The notes: generated from the letters alone by a model not told the origin. A DNA stretch of 64,000 bases from an uncultured Gemmatimonadaceae bacterium (GCA_963761305.1 CAVXGK010000002.1:2560001-2624000), one strand, 5' to 3'; positions 1-10,071 are shown, numbered from the stretch's first letter. Program-made: numbers and translations.

Positions 1-1
1 A

Positions 2-442
2 GCCGAGCAGCTCGAGCGGCGCGGGCTGTCGCATGCCGCGGCGATACGTGCGGCGACGATCGCGTTCGGCGGCGTGGACCGCATCAAGGAGGAGTCGCGC
101 GACGCCCGCGGCGTGACGTTCGTGGAGCACGTCGGGCAGGACGTGAAGTACGCGCTGCGAGGCATTCGCTCCCGTCCCGCGTTCACCGCCGTGGTCATCG
201 CGACGCTGGGACTGGGCGTCGGCGTGAACGCGGCGATGTTCGACGTGATCGACCGGCTGATGTTCCGCGCGCCGCGGTACCTGATCGATCCGGCGTCGGT
301 GAGTCGCGTATACACGGCCGAGCTGAATGCGCAGGGCGAACGGCCGGTCGACCGCAGTCTCGAGTATCCCCGCTACGAGGACGTGACCCGGTTCGCGCGC
401 TCGATCTCGCAAACGGCCGCTCATCCGTCCACCCGCTACTGA
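2..442 (+). pseudogene. ADOP/MacB-like ABC permease, N-terminal fragment (starts before the window, truncated at the 3' end)
   Basis: The frame is open from base 2 (AEQLERRGLSHAAAIRAATIAFGGVDRIKEESRDARG...QDVKYALRGIRSRPAFTAVVIATLGLGVGVNAAMF), the typical N-terminus of this family. It stops at 440-442 soon after the first TM helix, whereas family members are about 800-900 aa. Confidence 0.8.
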
Positions 443-3297
443 ATCGGTCCGCCCTTCTGCGTTTGTGGCACGCCGTCGGTCATCCACTTCGGCGCCGGCG
501 TTCCCTTCAAGTAGTGGTCGAAGAACTGCTTCATACGCTCTTGGAAGTCCTTCTGATTCTCCTTGCGTGCCAGGTGATGCGGCTCGCCCGGATATGAGAG
601 GAGAATCACCTGCTTGCCCCACCGCCGCGCCGCGCCGTAGAGCTCGAGGCCCTGGTGCCAGTCGACCGCGTTGTCGGCCGTCCCATGAAGAATCATGAAC
701 GGCGCTTTGATGTCGCGCACGTGGTAGAGCGCCGACTGATCTTCGAACAGTTGCAGGTTGTCGAACGGGTTCGTGCCCATGCGCACCTGTCCGACTTCCA
801 CGATGCCTTGCTGCAGCGTGCCCGTGCCCGGATACGTCTCGTCGTAGAAGCTCACGAGATTCGTCGGTGGCGCGCCGGTGACCACGGCGGCGAACGTGTC
901 ACCGCTGCGCGAGAGGATGTACGACGTCTCGTATCCGCCCCAGCTATGTCCCTGAATGCCGACGTGCTTGGGATCGGCGTAGCCGAGGTCGATCACCTTC
1001 TTCACGCCGCTCGTCACGCAGTCGAGCGCCGAGCTGCCCGGCTTGCCGATCTCGTAGACGATGTCCGGCTCGAACACGAGATAGCCGTCGCTGGCGTACT
1101 CGGCGAAGTGCGGCCGGTCGTCGAACACCGGCATCGGGAAACCGTGATGCGTGTTCGACAATAGCTCGTAGAAGTACACGAGCATCGGGTACTTCTTGCC
1201 CGGCTGATAGTCGGCGGGCAGCGTGAGGGTGCCCTGGAGACGCTGACCCTTGCCGTTCTTGAAGTCGACCAGGATGCGCTTGCCCCACTTGTACTCGCCG
1301 ATGAACGGATTGGCGTCCGTCACCTTGGTCGGCGACGCGAACGACGTGTTCGTCACCCAGTAGTCGGGCGACTCGGCGAAATCCTGCCGCGTGAAGATCA
1401 CGCGATCCGACTTCTCGGCCTTCTGCGCCTGCCCGATCTGTTCGTCGTCGTAGAGGAGCGGCGCGGGTTTGCCGCCCGGCGCGAGCGTGTAGTAGCCGGA
1501 CTTCTTCGTCCATTCGCCATACGCCGAGAGCAGCAGCGGCTTCGAGAGATCGACGCCGGCATCCTCGTCGTCCCCAGCCGGCGCGCCGAACCCTCCGCCA
1601 CCGCGGCCACCGCGACCGCCACCGCCCGCGCGGTCGAGTCGCACGAGCCGGAAAACGATCTGCTGCGAGTCGCCCAACCCGGCGGTGAGATTGGTGATCT
1701 TGCCGCCGTCGAGCGGCACGGAGTAGATGTCGAAGCGGTGGTTCAACAGCACCGACCTTCCATCTTTTGACCAGCCTGCGACCCCATAGACGGGCTTCTC
1801 GTAGGGATGATCGTCCTGCGCGTCGACGAAGCTGAGGTTGTCGCTCGCGCCGAGCGTCGTCGAACGACCGGTCTCTGTGCTGTACGCGACCACCTTTCCG
1901 GATTTCAGATAGAGGAACCACTTGCCGTCCGGCGAGCTGCCCATGGTGCGGGCCAAACCGCTGGCGATCGGCGATCGCTCGCCGGTCTCGGTGTTCACGC
2001 GGTAGTAGTCGGACTTGGTGCCGCCCCATTGCACTTCATTCCGGTACGCCGTGTCGATCCGGCCGATGGCCCACCGCGGATCGGGCGTCGGCGTCACGTT
2101 GCGCATGGTTTCGTCGGACACTCGCACGAGCTTGCCCGTGGCGACGTTGAACACCGCGGGCAGCGTGGCACGCCGCTCCTGCGCGACGCGCACGATCTGC
2201 ACCGACTGCACCTCGGCGTCCTTCCAGTGCCAGACGTCGACGTTCGCCTGCGGTTCGCTGGTCGTCGGCCGTTCGGCTTCCTGCTCCTTGATGCCGACAT
2301 AGACCCGCGACCCGTCGCGCGTCCAGCGGAGCGGCGACATCTCGCTCACCACGTACGACTTCGGGAACGACGGGTCCTTGGTCGGATCGTACTCGACGGC
2401 GTGCGACTCGGCCGAACCGACGTCGCGCCACACGAGCAGCACGTTGTCGCGCAGCACGTTCTCCTTCTTCTTGTCGCCGCGCAGCACGGCGAGCGACGCC
2501 GACTTCTCGTCCCACGTGAGCAGGTCGAAGTCCGCCGTCGCGGAGCTCAACACCCGCGACTGATGGGTACCGAGGTCGATGACGTAGACGCCGTTGCCGA
2601 CACGCTCCGCCGCGTCGACCGTGTAGCCGAGGAATCGGCCGGATTGATCGAAGTCGTAGAGGTTGACGTTGCCGATGTTCTGCGTGAGTCCGGTGGAGAG
2701 CTCGCGCAACACGACGTCGGCGCCATTCTGTTTGGCCGCCGCGTTCGCCTTGTTGGTGCGAACGGCGACGAACTTCGAGCCTTTCGAGAACTTGAACGAC
2801 GCGGCGTCGGGAACCGGGTACTTGTCGCCCGTCGTGAGGTCGAGCACCTCGAAACGGCGCGCCGCCGCGCCGGCGAACGGAACCGCGGCGCCGCCGCGAC
2901 CACCGCCGCCTCGTCCGCCGCGACCCCCGCCGCGTCCTTCACTCGGCGGACTGACGAAGTAGCCGACGAAGCGCGAGTCGTCGGAGAACTGTGGCGCCGA
3001 ACCGACGGGAATCGAGTACACCTTGGCGCCGCCGAGCTGGCGGACGAACAGCGTGTCGTCGCCCTCGTTCGGCGCGTAGACGTAGCTCATCCACGCCCCA
3101 TCGGCGGACAGCGCGGCGTTGTCGATGCGTTTCCACCGTCCGATGTCGGCCAGGCCGAGGACCTTCTTGACGCCGGGATCGACCTTGGTGCCTAGCTGCG
3201 TCGCGCCACCCTCGGCGTTCGACTGGGCGGCGAGGACCGCGGGTGACAGCAGCAGCGCGCAGGCGAGCACGCGGCGAACGATGGGCAGACGACGCAT
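436..3297 (-). CDS. Secreted S9 (prolyl oligopeptidase) family serine peptidase, 953 aa
   Basis: Signal peptide, beta-propeller-like N-terminal region, nucleophile motif GIQGHSWGG, Asp in HGTADNAV, His in GEPHHL. Confidence 0.93.
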   Translation of the reverse strand: MRRLPIVRRVLACALLLSPAVLAAQSNAEGGATQLGTKVDPGVKKVLGLADIGRWKRIDNAALSADGAWMSYVYAPNEGDDTLFVRQLGGAKVYSIPVGSAPQFSDDSRFVGYFVSPPSEGRGGGRGGRGGGGRGGAAVPFAGAAARRFEVLDLTTGDKYPVPDAASFKFSKGSKFVAVRTNKANAAAKQNGADVVLRELSTGLTQNIGNVNLYDFDQSGRFLGYTVDAAERVGNGVYVIDLGTHQSRVLSSATADFDLLTWDEKSASLAVLRGDKKKENVLRDNVLLVWRDVGSAESHAVEYDPTKDPSFPKSYVVSEMSPLRWTRDGSRVYVGIKEQEAERPTTSEPQANVDVWHWKDAEVQSVQIVRVAQERRATLPAVFNVATGKLVRVSDETMRNVTPTPDPRWAIGRIDTAYRNEVQWGGTKSDYYRVNTETGERSPIASGLARTMGSSPDGKWFLYLKSGKVVAYSTETGRSTTLGASDNLSFVDAQDDHPYEKPVYGVAGWSKDGRSVLLNHRFDIYSVPLDGGKITNLTAGLGDSQQIVFRLVRLDRAGGGGRGGRGGGGFGAPAGDDEDAGVDLSKPLLLSAYGEWTKKSGYYTLAPGGKPAPLLYDDEQIGQAQKAEKSDRVIFTRQDFAESPDYWVTNTSFASPTKVTDANPFIGEYKWGKRILVDFKNGKGQRLQGTLTLPADYQPGKKYPMLVYFYELLSNTHHGFPMPVFDDRPHFAEYASDGYLVFEPDIVYEIGKPGSSALDCVTSGVKKVIDLGYADPKHVGIQGHSWGGYETSYILSRSGDTFAAVVTGAPPTNLVSFYDETYPGTGTLQQGIVEVGQVRMGTNPFDNLQLFEDQSALYHVRDIKAPFMILHGTADNAVDWHQGLELYGAARRWGKQVILLSYPGEPHHLARKENQKDFQERMKQFFDHYLKGTPAPKWMTDGVPQTQKGGPIQ

Positions 3298-3404
3298 ACG
3301 GTCTCCGACGGGACGGGGGCTGGATGACCAGTATACGCCCAGCGGCCGGCGAACGCTCGCCTTGACGCCCTACGCCAAACCCGCCGCGCCCGTCATGTTC
3401 ATGG

Positions 3405-5387
3405 ATGCGCATCTCGGTCCTCGTTGTCGCCCTGGGCGCCGTGGGCTGTTCCACGCTCGCCAACCTGCGCCAACGCCATCCCGCCGCACCGCCCCCTCCC
3501 GCAGCGCCGAAGGAGACGCGCCCGATTCCCTATCCGGTGTTCGAGACCCACGCCTTCGCGAAAGCGGTCGCCAACGGCACGCGCACGCGCGTGGGGGAGA
3601 CGGGACCGAACTACTGGCAGCAATTCGCCCACTACACGATCGACGCGGAGCTCGTCCCCGCGACGAGCCGCATCAACGGGCGCGAATCGGTGCGCTACTA
3701 CAATCGGTCGCCAGACACGCTCCGCACGCTGTGGATCGAGCTCGATCAGAATCTCTTCGCGCCGTCGTCGCCGCGCGTCGTCGCGGTACCGGTGACCGGG
3801 GGAACGGAGATCCTGCGCGTCGCCGCGTTTGGACAAGCGCTGGCGAGTCGCGACACCGGTGCCGGCTACTCGGTCTCGGCCACGAACATGGAAGTTCGGC
3901 TTCCGCGCGCGCTCGTGCCTCACGACTCGGTGGACCTCGACATAGCCTGGGCGTTTCAGCTTCCGCCCGACGGCGCGCCGCGCGAGGGCACGACCGGCGA
4001 CGTGTTCATGGTCGCGTACTGGTATCCGCGGCTCGCGGTCTACGACGACGTCACGGGTTGGCAGAACGACCCGTACCTCGGCGCCGCCGAGTTCTACATG
4101 GGGTACGCGGACTACGATGTGAATCTGACGGTGCCGCAGGGTTGGCTGGTCGCGGCGACGGGCGAGCTGACGAATCCGAACGACGTGTTGTCGAAGCAGA
4201 CCCGCGACCGTCTCGCCGAAGCACGCCGATCGACGGACGTCGTGCACGTCGTGCGCGAGCAGGATCGCGGCGTCGGCGCGACGAAGGCGACGATGACGGG
4301 ATTCGACAAAGCGCTCACCTGGCGGTTCCGCGCCCACAACGTGCGCGACTTCGACTGGGGCGCGTCGCCGAACTATCTGTGGGACGCGACGGTCGCCGTC
4401 GTCGGCGATCGTGACGGCGACAACGCGCCCGACACGACGCGAATCAACACATTCTACCGTCCTTCGGCGCGAAAGTGGGCTTGGGATCTCTCCGCCGCGT
4501 ACGAACGAAGCGCAGTCGAATTCCTGTCCAACTATTTGTGGCCGTATCCGTGGCCGCAGATGACCGCGCTCGAGGGGCCGGTGTCCTGCTCCGGCATGGA
4601 GTACCCGATGCTCACCTGCATCGGCGGCGCGCGCGACACGCTGCTGCTCTACTCCGTGCAAGTACACGAGACGGGACACATGTGGTTCCCGATGCAGGTG
4701 GGATCCGACGAGCGCCGCTACGCGTGGCAGGACGAAGGAGTCACGCGCTTCAACCAAGCGCAAGGAATGCAGGCGTTCTTCAAGGGGTACGACCGCGAAG
4801 GGCCGACGCGCGAGAGTTATCTCGACTATGCGCGTACCGACGGCGAAGTCCCGCTCATGCGCCCCGGTGACCAGTACCCGCACGACTTGCGAGCGTACAG
4901 CGTCGCGTCGTACGAGAAGATGGCGACCAACATGCACGCGCTCCGCGCGCTGCTCGGCGATTCGGTCTTTCTCGGTGCATACCGGACGTACGGGCTGCGC
5001 TGGCAATACAAGCATCCGACGCCGTATGACTTCTTCAATACGTTCAATTCGCTGAGCGGCCGAGATTTGTCGTGGTTCTGGCGTACGTGGTGGTACGAGA
5101 CGTGGACCCTCGACCAGGCCGTCGGCGCGGTGCAGACGGTGAACGGAAAGCTTGTCGTGACGATCGAGGATCGCGGGCTCGCGCCGATGCCGGTTCGACT
5201 CGCCATCACGCGCCGCGACGGGCACGTCGAGCGTCGAGAAATTCCCGTGGACGTCTGGCTCAGCGGCGCAAAGAAATATTCGCTGACGCTCAACTCGCCT
5301 GAGACCGTCACCGCGATCGAGATCGACCCGGAACAAGCGTTTCCCGACATCGATCGCTCGAACAACAAGTGGACTCGACCGCGATGA
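3405..5387 (+). CDS. M1 family zinc metallopeptidase, probable lipoprotein
   Basis: Lipobox-like AVGC, GMEYP motif, HETGH followed by WQDEG. Confidence 0.92.
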   Translation: MRISVLVVALGAVGCSTLANLRQRHPAAPPPPAAPKETRPIPYPVFETHAFAKAVANGTRTRVGETGPNYWQQFAHYTIDAELVPATSRINGRESVRYYNRSPDTLRTLWIELDQNLFAPSSPRVVAVPVTGGTEILRVAAFGQALASRDTGAGYSVSATNMEVRLPRALVPHDSVDLDIAWAFQLPPDGAPREGTTGDVFMVAYWYPRLAVYDDVTGWQNDPYLGAAEFYMGYADYDVNLTVPQGWLVAATGELTNPNDVLSKQTRDRLAEARRSTDVVHVVREQDRGVGATKATMTGFDKALTWRFRAHNVRDFDWGASPNYLWDATVAVVGDRDGDNAPDTTRINTFYRPSARKWAWDLSAAYERSAVEFLSNYLWPYPWPQMTALEGPVSCSGMEYPMLTCIGGARDTLLLYSVQVHETGHMWFPMQVGSDERRYAWQDEGVTRFNQAQGMQAFFKGYDREGPTRESYLDYARTDGEVPLMRPGDQYPHDLRAYSVASYEKMATNMHALRALLGDSVFLGAYRTYGLRWQYKHPTPYDFFNTFNSLSGRDLSWFWRTWWYETWTLDQAVGAVQTVNGKLVVTIEDRGLAPMPVRLAITRRDGHVERREIPVDVWLSGAKKYSLTLNSPETVTAIEIDPEQAFPDIDRSNNKWTRPR

Positions 5388-5426
5388 ATTGGCGAGCGTG
5401 GCAGACGATTTGCGACGGCCGCGGGT

Positions 5427-5912
5427 ATGGCATCTCGCGCGTTCCTGTATCCGCCGACCATCGAACCGCCCACGACTCGAGCGCCGGGCGCTGAAACCGG
5501 ACTCGCGTCTCGCGGGGCACCGGAGGCGCTGAGTGTTCTGCGCATCGTCGCCGCGCTGCTGTACTGGCAACACGGACTGCAAAAGATCTTCAACATCCCG
5601 CCGTCGGCGCATCCGATGCCGTTCGTCCTCGACTCGCTGCTCGGCGTCGCCGGGGTCATCGAGACGGTCGCCGGAATCCTGCTCGTCGTCGGGCTGCTCA
5701 CGCGGCCGATCGCGTTCATTACGTGCGGCGAGATGGCGGTCGCGTACTTCAAGGCGCATTTCCCGCGATCGTTCTTTCCCATCAGCAACATGGGTGAGAC
5801 ACCTGTCCTGTTGTGCTTCATCTTCCTGCTGCTCGTGTTCGCCGGCCCGGGTCCGTGGAGCCTCGACGGGTGGATCGCCCGCCGCCGGCCGCCCGTCAAC
5901 ATTCGGGCGTGA
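5427..5912 (+). CDS. DoxX family membrane protein
   Basis: LRIV..LL..QHGLQK, GLLTRP, GEMAVAYF and GPGPWSLD motifs; four hydrophobic segments. Confidence 0.9.
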   Translation: MASRAFLYPPTIEPPTTRAPGAETGLASRGAPEALSVLRIVAALLYWQHGLQKIFNIPPSAHPMPFVLDSLLGVAGVIETVAGILLVVGLLTRPIAFITCGEMAVAYFKAHFPRSFFPISNMGETPVLLCFIFLLLVFAGPGPWSLDGWIARRRPPVNIRA

Positions 5913-5954
5913 ACGCCCGACCTCGCGAGCAGCGAGGTAGCAACAGCCGGAAAC

Positions 5955-5983
5955 TGAGAATGACGCGCCCCGTGGTGCGTTCA
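5955..5983 (+). promoter_or_regulatory. Putative ECF sigma-dependent promoter TGAGAAT-N16-CGTTCA
   Basis: Lies 7 nt before GTG 5991. The same motif and spacing recur on the minus strand at 14225-14253. Confidence 0.65.
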
Positions 5984-5990
5984 TTCGGGC

Positions 5991-8084
5991 GTGAGCCATT
6001 TCTTCCGGCCGGCCATCCTCATCCTCGTAGCGGTACGCGTCGCCGGTGCCCAGCCGACGTCAGCGATCCGTGCGACATCGAACGTCGACCGCGTCGCCAC
6101 GATCGGGACGCGGGCGCCTGTCGAGATGACGCTGAGTCGTCCGCTCGCCGGCGACGAAGGGGAGCTCGCGCTCGTGGTCGGTGGAATGGACGTGACGGCG
6201 GTGTCGGATCGGACCGACTCGTCGATCGCGTATCGACCGACGGCCCTTCCGCTCCCCGAGGGCAGGACCGAGCTCGTGCTCTATCGCCGCAGCGGAACGC
6301 GATGGGCGGAGATTCGCCGCGTCTCCGTTCGCGTCGCACAGGCCGTCACCGGACAACACGGCCCGTTCAGTGAAAGCGCGACGGTCGGCAACAAGGGCCA
6401 GGTCGCCGAAGGACGGTCGGCGGGCGTGCCGGCGCCCGATCGTCGCGTGTTTCAGGATTTCGTGCTCAACGGCGGACTTCACTCGTCGAGCGAGAACGGC
6501 GGCTGGACGTTCACGACGCAGTCGAACTACGTCGGCGTGACACGCCGGCAGGAAGCGCTCGGTTTCTCGACGCGCGGCAACGCTGCCCCGCTGCTCGACC
6601 TGTCGGACTACTCGGTCGGACTGCGCTCGTCGAACGCGACGTTGTCCGTCGGCAGCGTGACGTTCGGCGCGAGCCGCCACCTCGCGAGCGGATTCGCGGC
6701 GCGCGGCGGCACACTCAACGTCGTCGAGGGTGGAACGTCGCTCGTGGTCGGCGCGATGAGCGGCTCGTCGCAGGTCGGCTGGTCCGACTTCACGGGGCTC
6801 GACCGGCCGACCGACCGCGTTTTCGGCGCGACGCTCGGCCAGGAGATGGTCGCGTCGCATCCGGGCTCGCTTCGCGTCGACGTGACGATCCTCGACGGGT
6901 CGAAGCAGCCGCGGCCATCGTTCACGCAAAGCGCGGTCGTCGACGCCGAGCAGAGCGCGGGGGGAAGCGTGCAACTGACGGCGGCGCTTCCCAACCAGCG
7001 CGCGAGGCTCACGACGGGCTACACGCGCAGCCGCTTCGAGAATCCGTCGAACGACCCGCAATTGCTCGGCGATACGACGCTCAAGCGCCCGCAACCGGCG
7101 ACGCGCGGCGCGCGATTCGTCGAAGGAAGCGTCGTCGCCCTGCAAGATCTCGCGACGCCGCTCGGCGGGCCGGCCAACGTCACGATCGGCTTTCACGACG
7201 AGCGCGTCGACCCGCTGTTCGGGAGCGTCGGGGCGCAGCCGAACGCGGACCACCAGCAAGACGGCGCGGATGCGACAGTCTCGCTGGGTGCGATCTCGGG
7301 ACAGCTGTCGCAGAGCTGGACGCGCGACAACCTTGGCAACGTGCAGTCGGTGCTCACGACGCGCGGCGCATCGACGACGGCGAGTCTCGCGGTGCCGGTC
7401 GCGGCGCTCGGCGGCGCTCGCCTGCAGCAGCACGCCGCGCTGTTTCCGATGTTGGCGTTCACCTTCAATCAGACGCGGCAAGTTGGCGACGGCACGCCGG
7501 TGAACGGCGCGTTTCGGCCGACCGACCTTCCCGACCAGGTCAATTCGGTCGGCGATGCGACGGCGACGTGGCAGGCGGGAACGACTCGACTCTCGTTTCA
7601 CGCGAACGCCGCGACGCAGGACAATCGCCAACCCACGCGCGAGAACGCCGACTTCGATTCCGGCGTGCTCGGCGTGTCGGTGGGGCGCGCGCTCGGCACG
7701 CGCGGCGACGTTTCGCTCGACGTGGGGAACGAGTATCAGACGGCGCGAGAGCGCGACGAGACGACGCGCACCAAACGCGTGACGATGAACGGCTCGTACC
7801 GCCCGCGCACGACGTTCAACGTGATCGCCGCCTTTTCGGTGATCGACGTCCGCGCGCCTGCCGGCACGACGACGGTCAACACCGAACAGCATCTCGAGCT
7901 GTCGCAGGGATTCAACCTGTGGCCCGCGCCCGCGGGCGAGCCGCAGCGCGGCCAGCTGTTTCTGCGATTCGCGCGCACCGGTTCGCTGGTGCCGAACATC
8001 GCCGCGACGGGCGTCGTAGCCCAGGCGGCCTCCGATCGCGCGCAGTGGACGGTGGCGACCGGCGTCAACGTGAGGCTTTTCTGA
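5991..8084 (+). CDS. Hypothetical outer-membrane beta-barrel protein, 697 aa
   Basis: Signal peptide, short beta-rich N-terminal domain, many amphipathic beta strands, and a C-terminal strand ending in Phe (WTVATGVNVRLF). Confidence 0.72.
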   Translation: MSHFFRPAILILVAVRVAGAQPTSAIRATSNVDRVATIGTRAPVEMTLSRPLAGDEGELALVVGGMDVTAVSDRTDSSIAYRPTALPLPEGRTELVLYRRSGTRWAEIRRVSVRVAQAVTGQHGPFSESATVGNKGQVAEGRSAGVPAPDRRVFQDFVLNGGLHSSSENGGWTFTTQSNYVGVTRRQEALGFSTRGNAAPLLDLSDYSVGLRSSNATLSVGSVTFGASRHLASGFAARGGTLNVVEGGTSLVVGAMSGSSQVGWSDFTGLDRPTDRVFGATLGQEMVASHPGSLRVDVTILDGSKQPRPSFTQSAVVDAEQSAGGSVQLTAALPNQRARLTTGYTRSRFENPSNDPQLLGDTTLKRPQPATRGARFVEGSVVALQDLATPLGGPANVTIGFHDERVDPLFGSVGAQPNADHQQDGADATVSLGAISGQLSQSWTRDNLGNVQSVLTTRGASTTASLAVPVAALGGARLQQHAALFPMLAFTFNQTRQVGDGTPVNGAFRPTDLPDQVNSVGDATATWQAGTTRLSFHANAATQDNRQPTRENADFDSGVLGVSVGRALGTRGDVSLDVGNEYQTARERDETTRTKRVTMNGSYRPRTTFNVIAAFSVIDVRAPAGTTTVNTEQHLELSQGFNLWPAPAGEPQRGQLFLRFARTGSLVPNIAATGVVAQAASDRAQWTVATGVNVRLF

Positions 8085-9397
8085 TGATGACTCGCTCGGG
8101 CCGGCTCGCGCTGTTCGCACTCGCGCTGTCGACGCTACTCGAGGCTCAGGTCCGCGTGAGTCCGACGGGCGTGAGCGTGAGCTCGATGTCCGCCACGACC
8201 GTGTTTCTCACCTTCGGCGGACTGCGCAATGAGCGGCCGGCGGACGCGTATTGGTGCGGCGAATTGATCGCGGCGTCACCCGGTGTCGGCACGCGCTGCG
8301 ATCCGAGCACGCTCTACGGACGTTTGCCGGCGCGCTACGACCTGTCGCAACTGAGCACCGTGGGCGGCGTCTTCACCGACGTCATGTCGATTCCCCCGTC
8401 CGTTGCGCGCGCGGCGTATCAAGCGGCGGTTCGCGGCGCGACGTCGACGTTCTTCTACGTCCGTCGATTCCAGAGCGTCACCGGCGGACCGGACGAGTAT
8501 GTCGCGGTCACCTGTCGGTTGACGGGCGGCGGTGCGCGCTCGCCCTTCTCGCTCACCGATGTCCACCTCCAATTCGACGGCCAGGACGCGATTCCCTTCA
8601 TCGCGGCCGGCGGCGCGCCGCCGCAAGTCGCGGCGCGAATCTCGTACACGGGCACCGGCCGTCTCACCGGACGCTGGGAGATCGTGTTGCCGGGCGAGGA
8701 CCCGCCGTCGGCGCGCGATCTGCTCACCGAGGCATCGCTGCCGCTCGACCAACGAGGTGCGCAGCGACGATTCACGCAGCTCGAACGCTTCAGCGTTTTT
8801 CTTCCGCCGGACGGCCGCGTGACGTTGCCCGGCCCGGATCCGAGCCGCTTGCCGTCGGCGATCGATGGGACGTACCAGGTTCTGCTCCGCGTCGAAGCGA
8901 CCGACGATCGCGAGGGCGATTCGAATCTCTCCGAGGCCGGCGCGGGAACGGGCATCATTCACAGCGGCGCCGTCGCCGGTTTCCCGCTGCCGGTGCTCCG
9001 CTACGTCGTCGCGGGCGATGGTGCGCGAACTCCCGATGCCTCCGCATTGACATTCAGGTTGCTCGGCGCGCGCGACGGCGATTCGTTGACGGCCGACGGT
9101 GGCGTCACGGCGCTCTGGATTCCGCCGGAAGAACGCGGCGTCGAATTCTATCGCGTCGAACTCGCGACGGACCGCGGGGACGCGCTCTTCTCGGCGCTGC
9201 TGCCGCGCGCCGCGCGCCGTTACGACGTTCCCGCATGGGCAATCGCCAAGGGCGCCGGAACGCCGATTCGCTGGCGCGTGAGCGCGCTCGGCGCGTCGGG
9301 AACGGTGTTGCGCTCGAGCGCCTGGCGGCGAGTGAAGAATGGCGCCACACTCACGTCGCCGAGCGCGCAGGCGACTACGCGCCGCAACGAGCCATGA
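8084..9397 (+). CDS. Hypothetical secreted protein, 437 aa, with a C-terminal FN3/Ig-like domain
   Basis: ATG overlaps the upstream stop (TGATG); signal peptide MMTRSGRLALFALALSTLLEA; W...Y.V.L...G...W.V.A pattern near the C-terminus. Confidence 0.75.
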   Translation: MMTRSGRLALFALALSTLLEAQVRVSPTGVSVSSMSATTVFLTFGGLRNERPADAYWCGELIAASPGVGTRCDPSTLYGRLPARYDLSQLSTVGGVFTDVMSIPPSVARAAYQAAVRGATSTFFYVRRFQSVTGGPDEYVAVTCRLTGGGARSPFSLTDVHLQFDGQDAIPFIAAGGAPPQVAARISYTGTGRLTGRWEIVLPGEDPPSARDLLTEASLPLDQRGAQRRFTQLERFSVFLPPDGRVTLPGPDPSRLPSAIDGTYQVLLRVEATDDREGDSNLSEAGAGTGIIHSGAVAGFPLPVLRYVVAGDGARTPDASALTFRLLGARDGDSLTADGGVTALWIPPEERGVEFYRVELATDRGDALFSALLPRAARRYDVPAWAIAKGAGTPIRWRVSALGASGTVLRSSAWRRVKNGATLTSPSAQATTRRNEP

Positions 9398-10071
9398 CGC
9401 CCTCCTCCTCGAACGTCCCGCACCTCCGGTTGGTCGAGAACGGCCAGCTGCCGGTGGGTCAGGACGCCGCGTCGTCGACGACCGATCCAACGCCGGCGGA
9501 CGACGGGTCGGTGGTCGCTGCGCCGGACAACGACGCGTCGCGCGCGTTAGAGCACGTCGTGAATCGATTCGACGGTTTTATTCGACGATCGGCACGACGA
9601 CACGGTTTGTCGGGCGCCGACGTCGACGAAGTCGTACAAGAGTTGCGGCTTCGCATGTGGAAGTCGCTCGGAACGGCGGAGCTCATTCGTCGCGCGAAGG
9701 CGTCGTACATCTACCGGGCGGCGATCTCCGCGTCGATCGACATCATTCGGCGCCGGCGCGCGCGCCGGTTCGAGACGGCGACCGACGACGCGGTCGCGGA
9801 CGTTTCGCCCGACCCGCGCCGCCGCGCCGATTCGCGCCTCGACGAGCGCGAGCTCGCCGACGCCGTGCATCGCGCGATCGGGCTGCTTGCCGAGTCGCGG
9901 CGCGCGGTGGTGCGAATGCACCTTGCGGGGTACGAACGACAAGAGATCGCCGACCTGCTCGGCTGGACGGAAGCGAAGACACGCAACCTGCTGTATCGAG
10001 GCCTCGCCGATCTCCGGCAGATTCTGGAATCGTGGGGCATCGGACCGGCGAGCGCGGAGAGATCGCCATGA
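9394..10071 (+). CDS. ECF RNA polymerase sigma factor, 225 aa
   Basis: Region 2 (DVDEVVQELRLRMW...ASYIYRAA...IDIIRR) and region 4 (GYERQEIADLLGWTEAKTRNLLYRGL); ATGA overlap with the upstream gene. Confidence 0.92.
   Translation: MTPSSSNVPHLRLVENGQLPVGQDAASSTTDPTPADDGSVVAAPDNDASRALEHVVNRFDGFIRRSARRHGLSGADVDEVVQELRLRMWKSLGTAELIRRAKASYIYRAAISASIDIIRRRRARRFETATDDAVADVSPDPRRRADSRLDERELADAVHRAIGLLAESRRAVVRMHLAGYERQEIADLLGWTEAKTRNLLYRGLADLRQILESWGIGPASAERSP

Noticed and set aside
3399..5999. Long antisense and alternative-frame ORFs (for example 3399-5999 minus, 37777-40119 plus, 31743-33944 minus)
   Set aside because: These are Arg/Ala-rich shadow frames expected in high-GC coding DNA, and they overlap well-supported genes.
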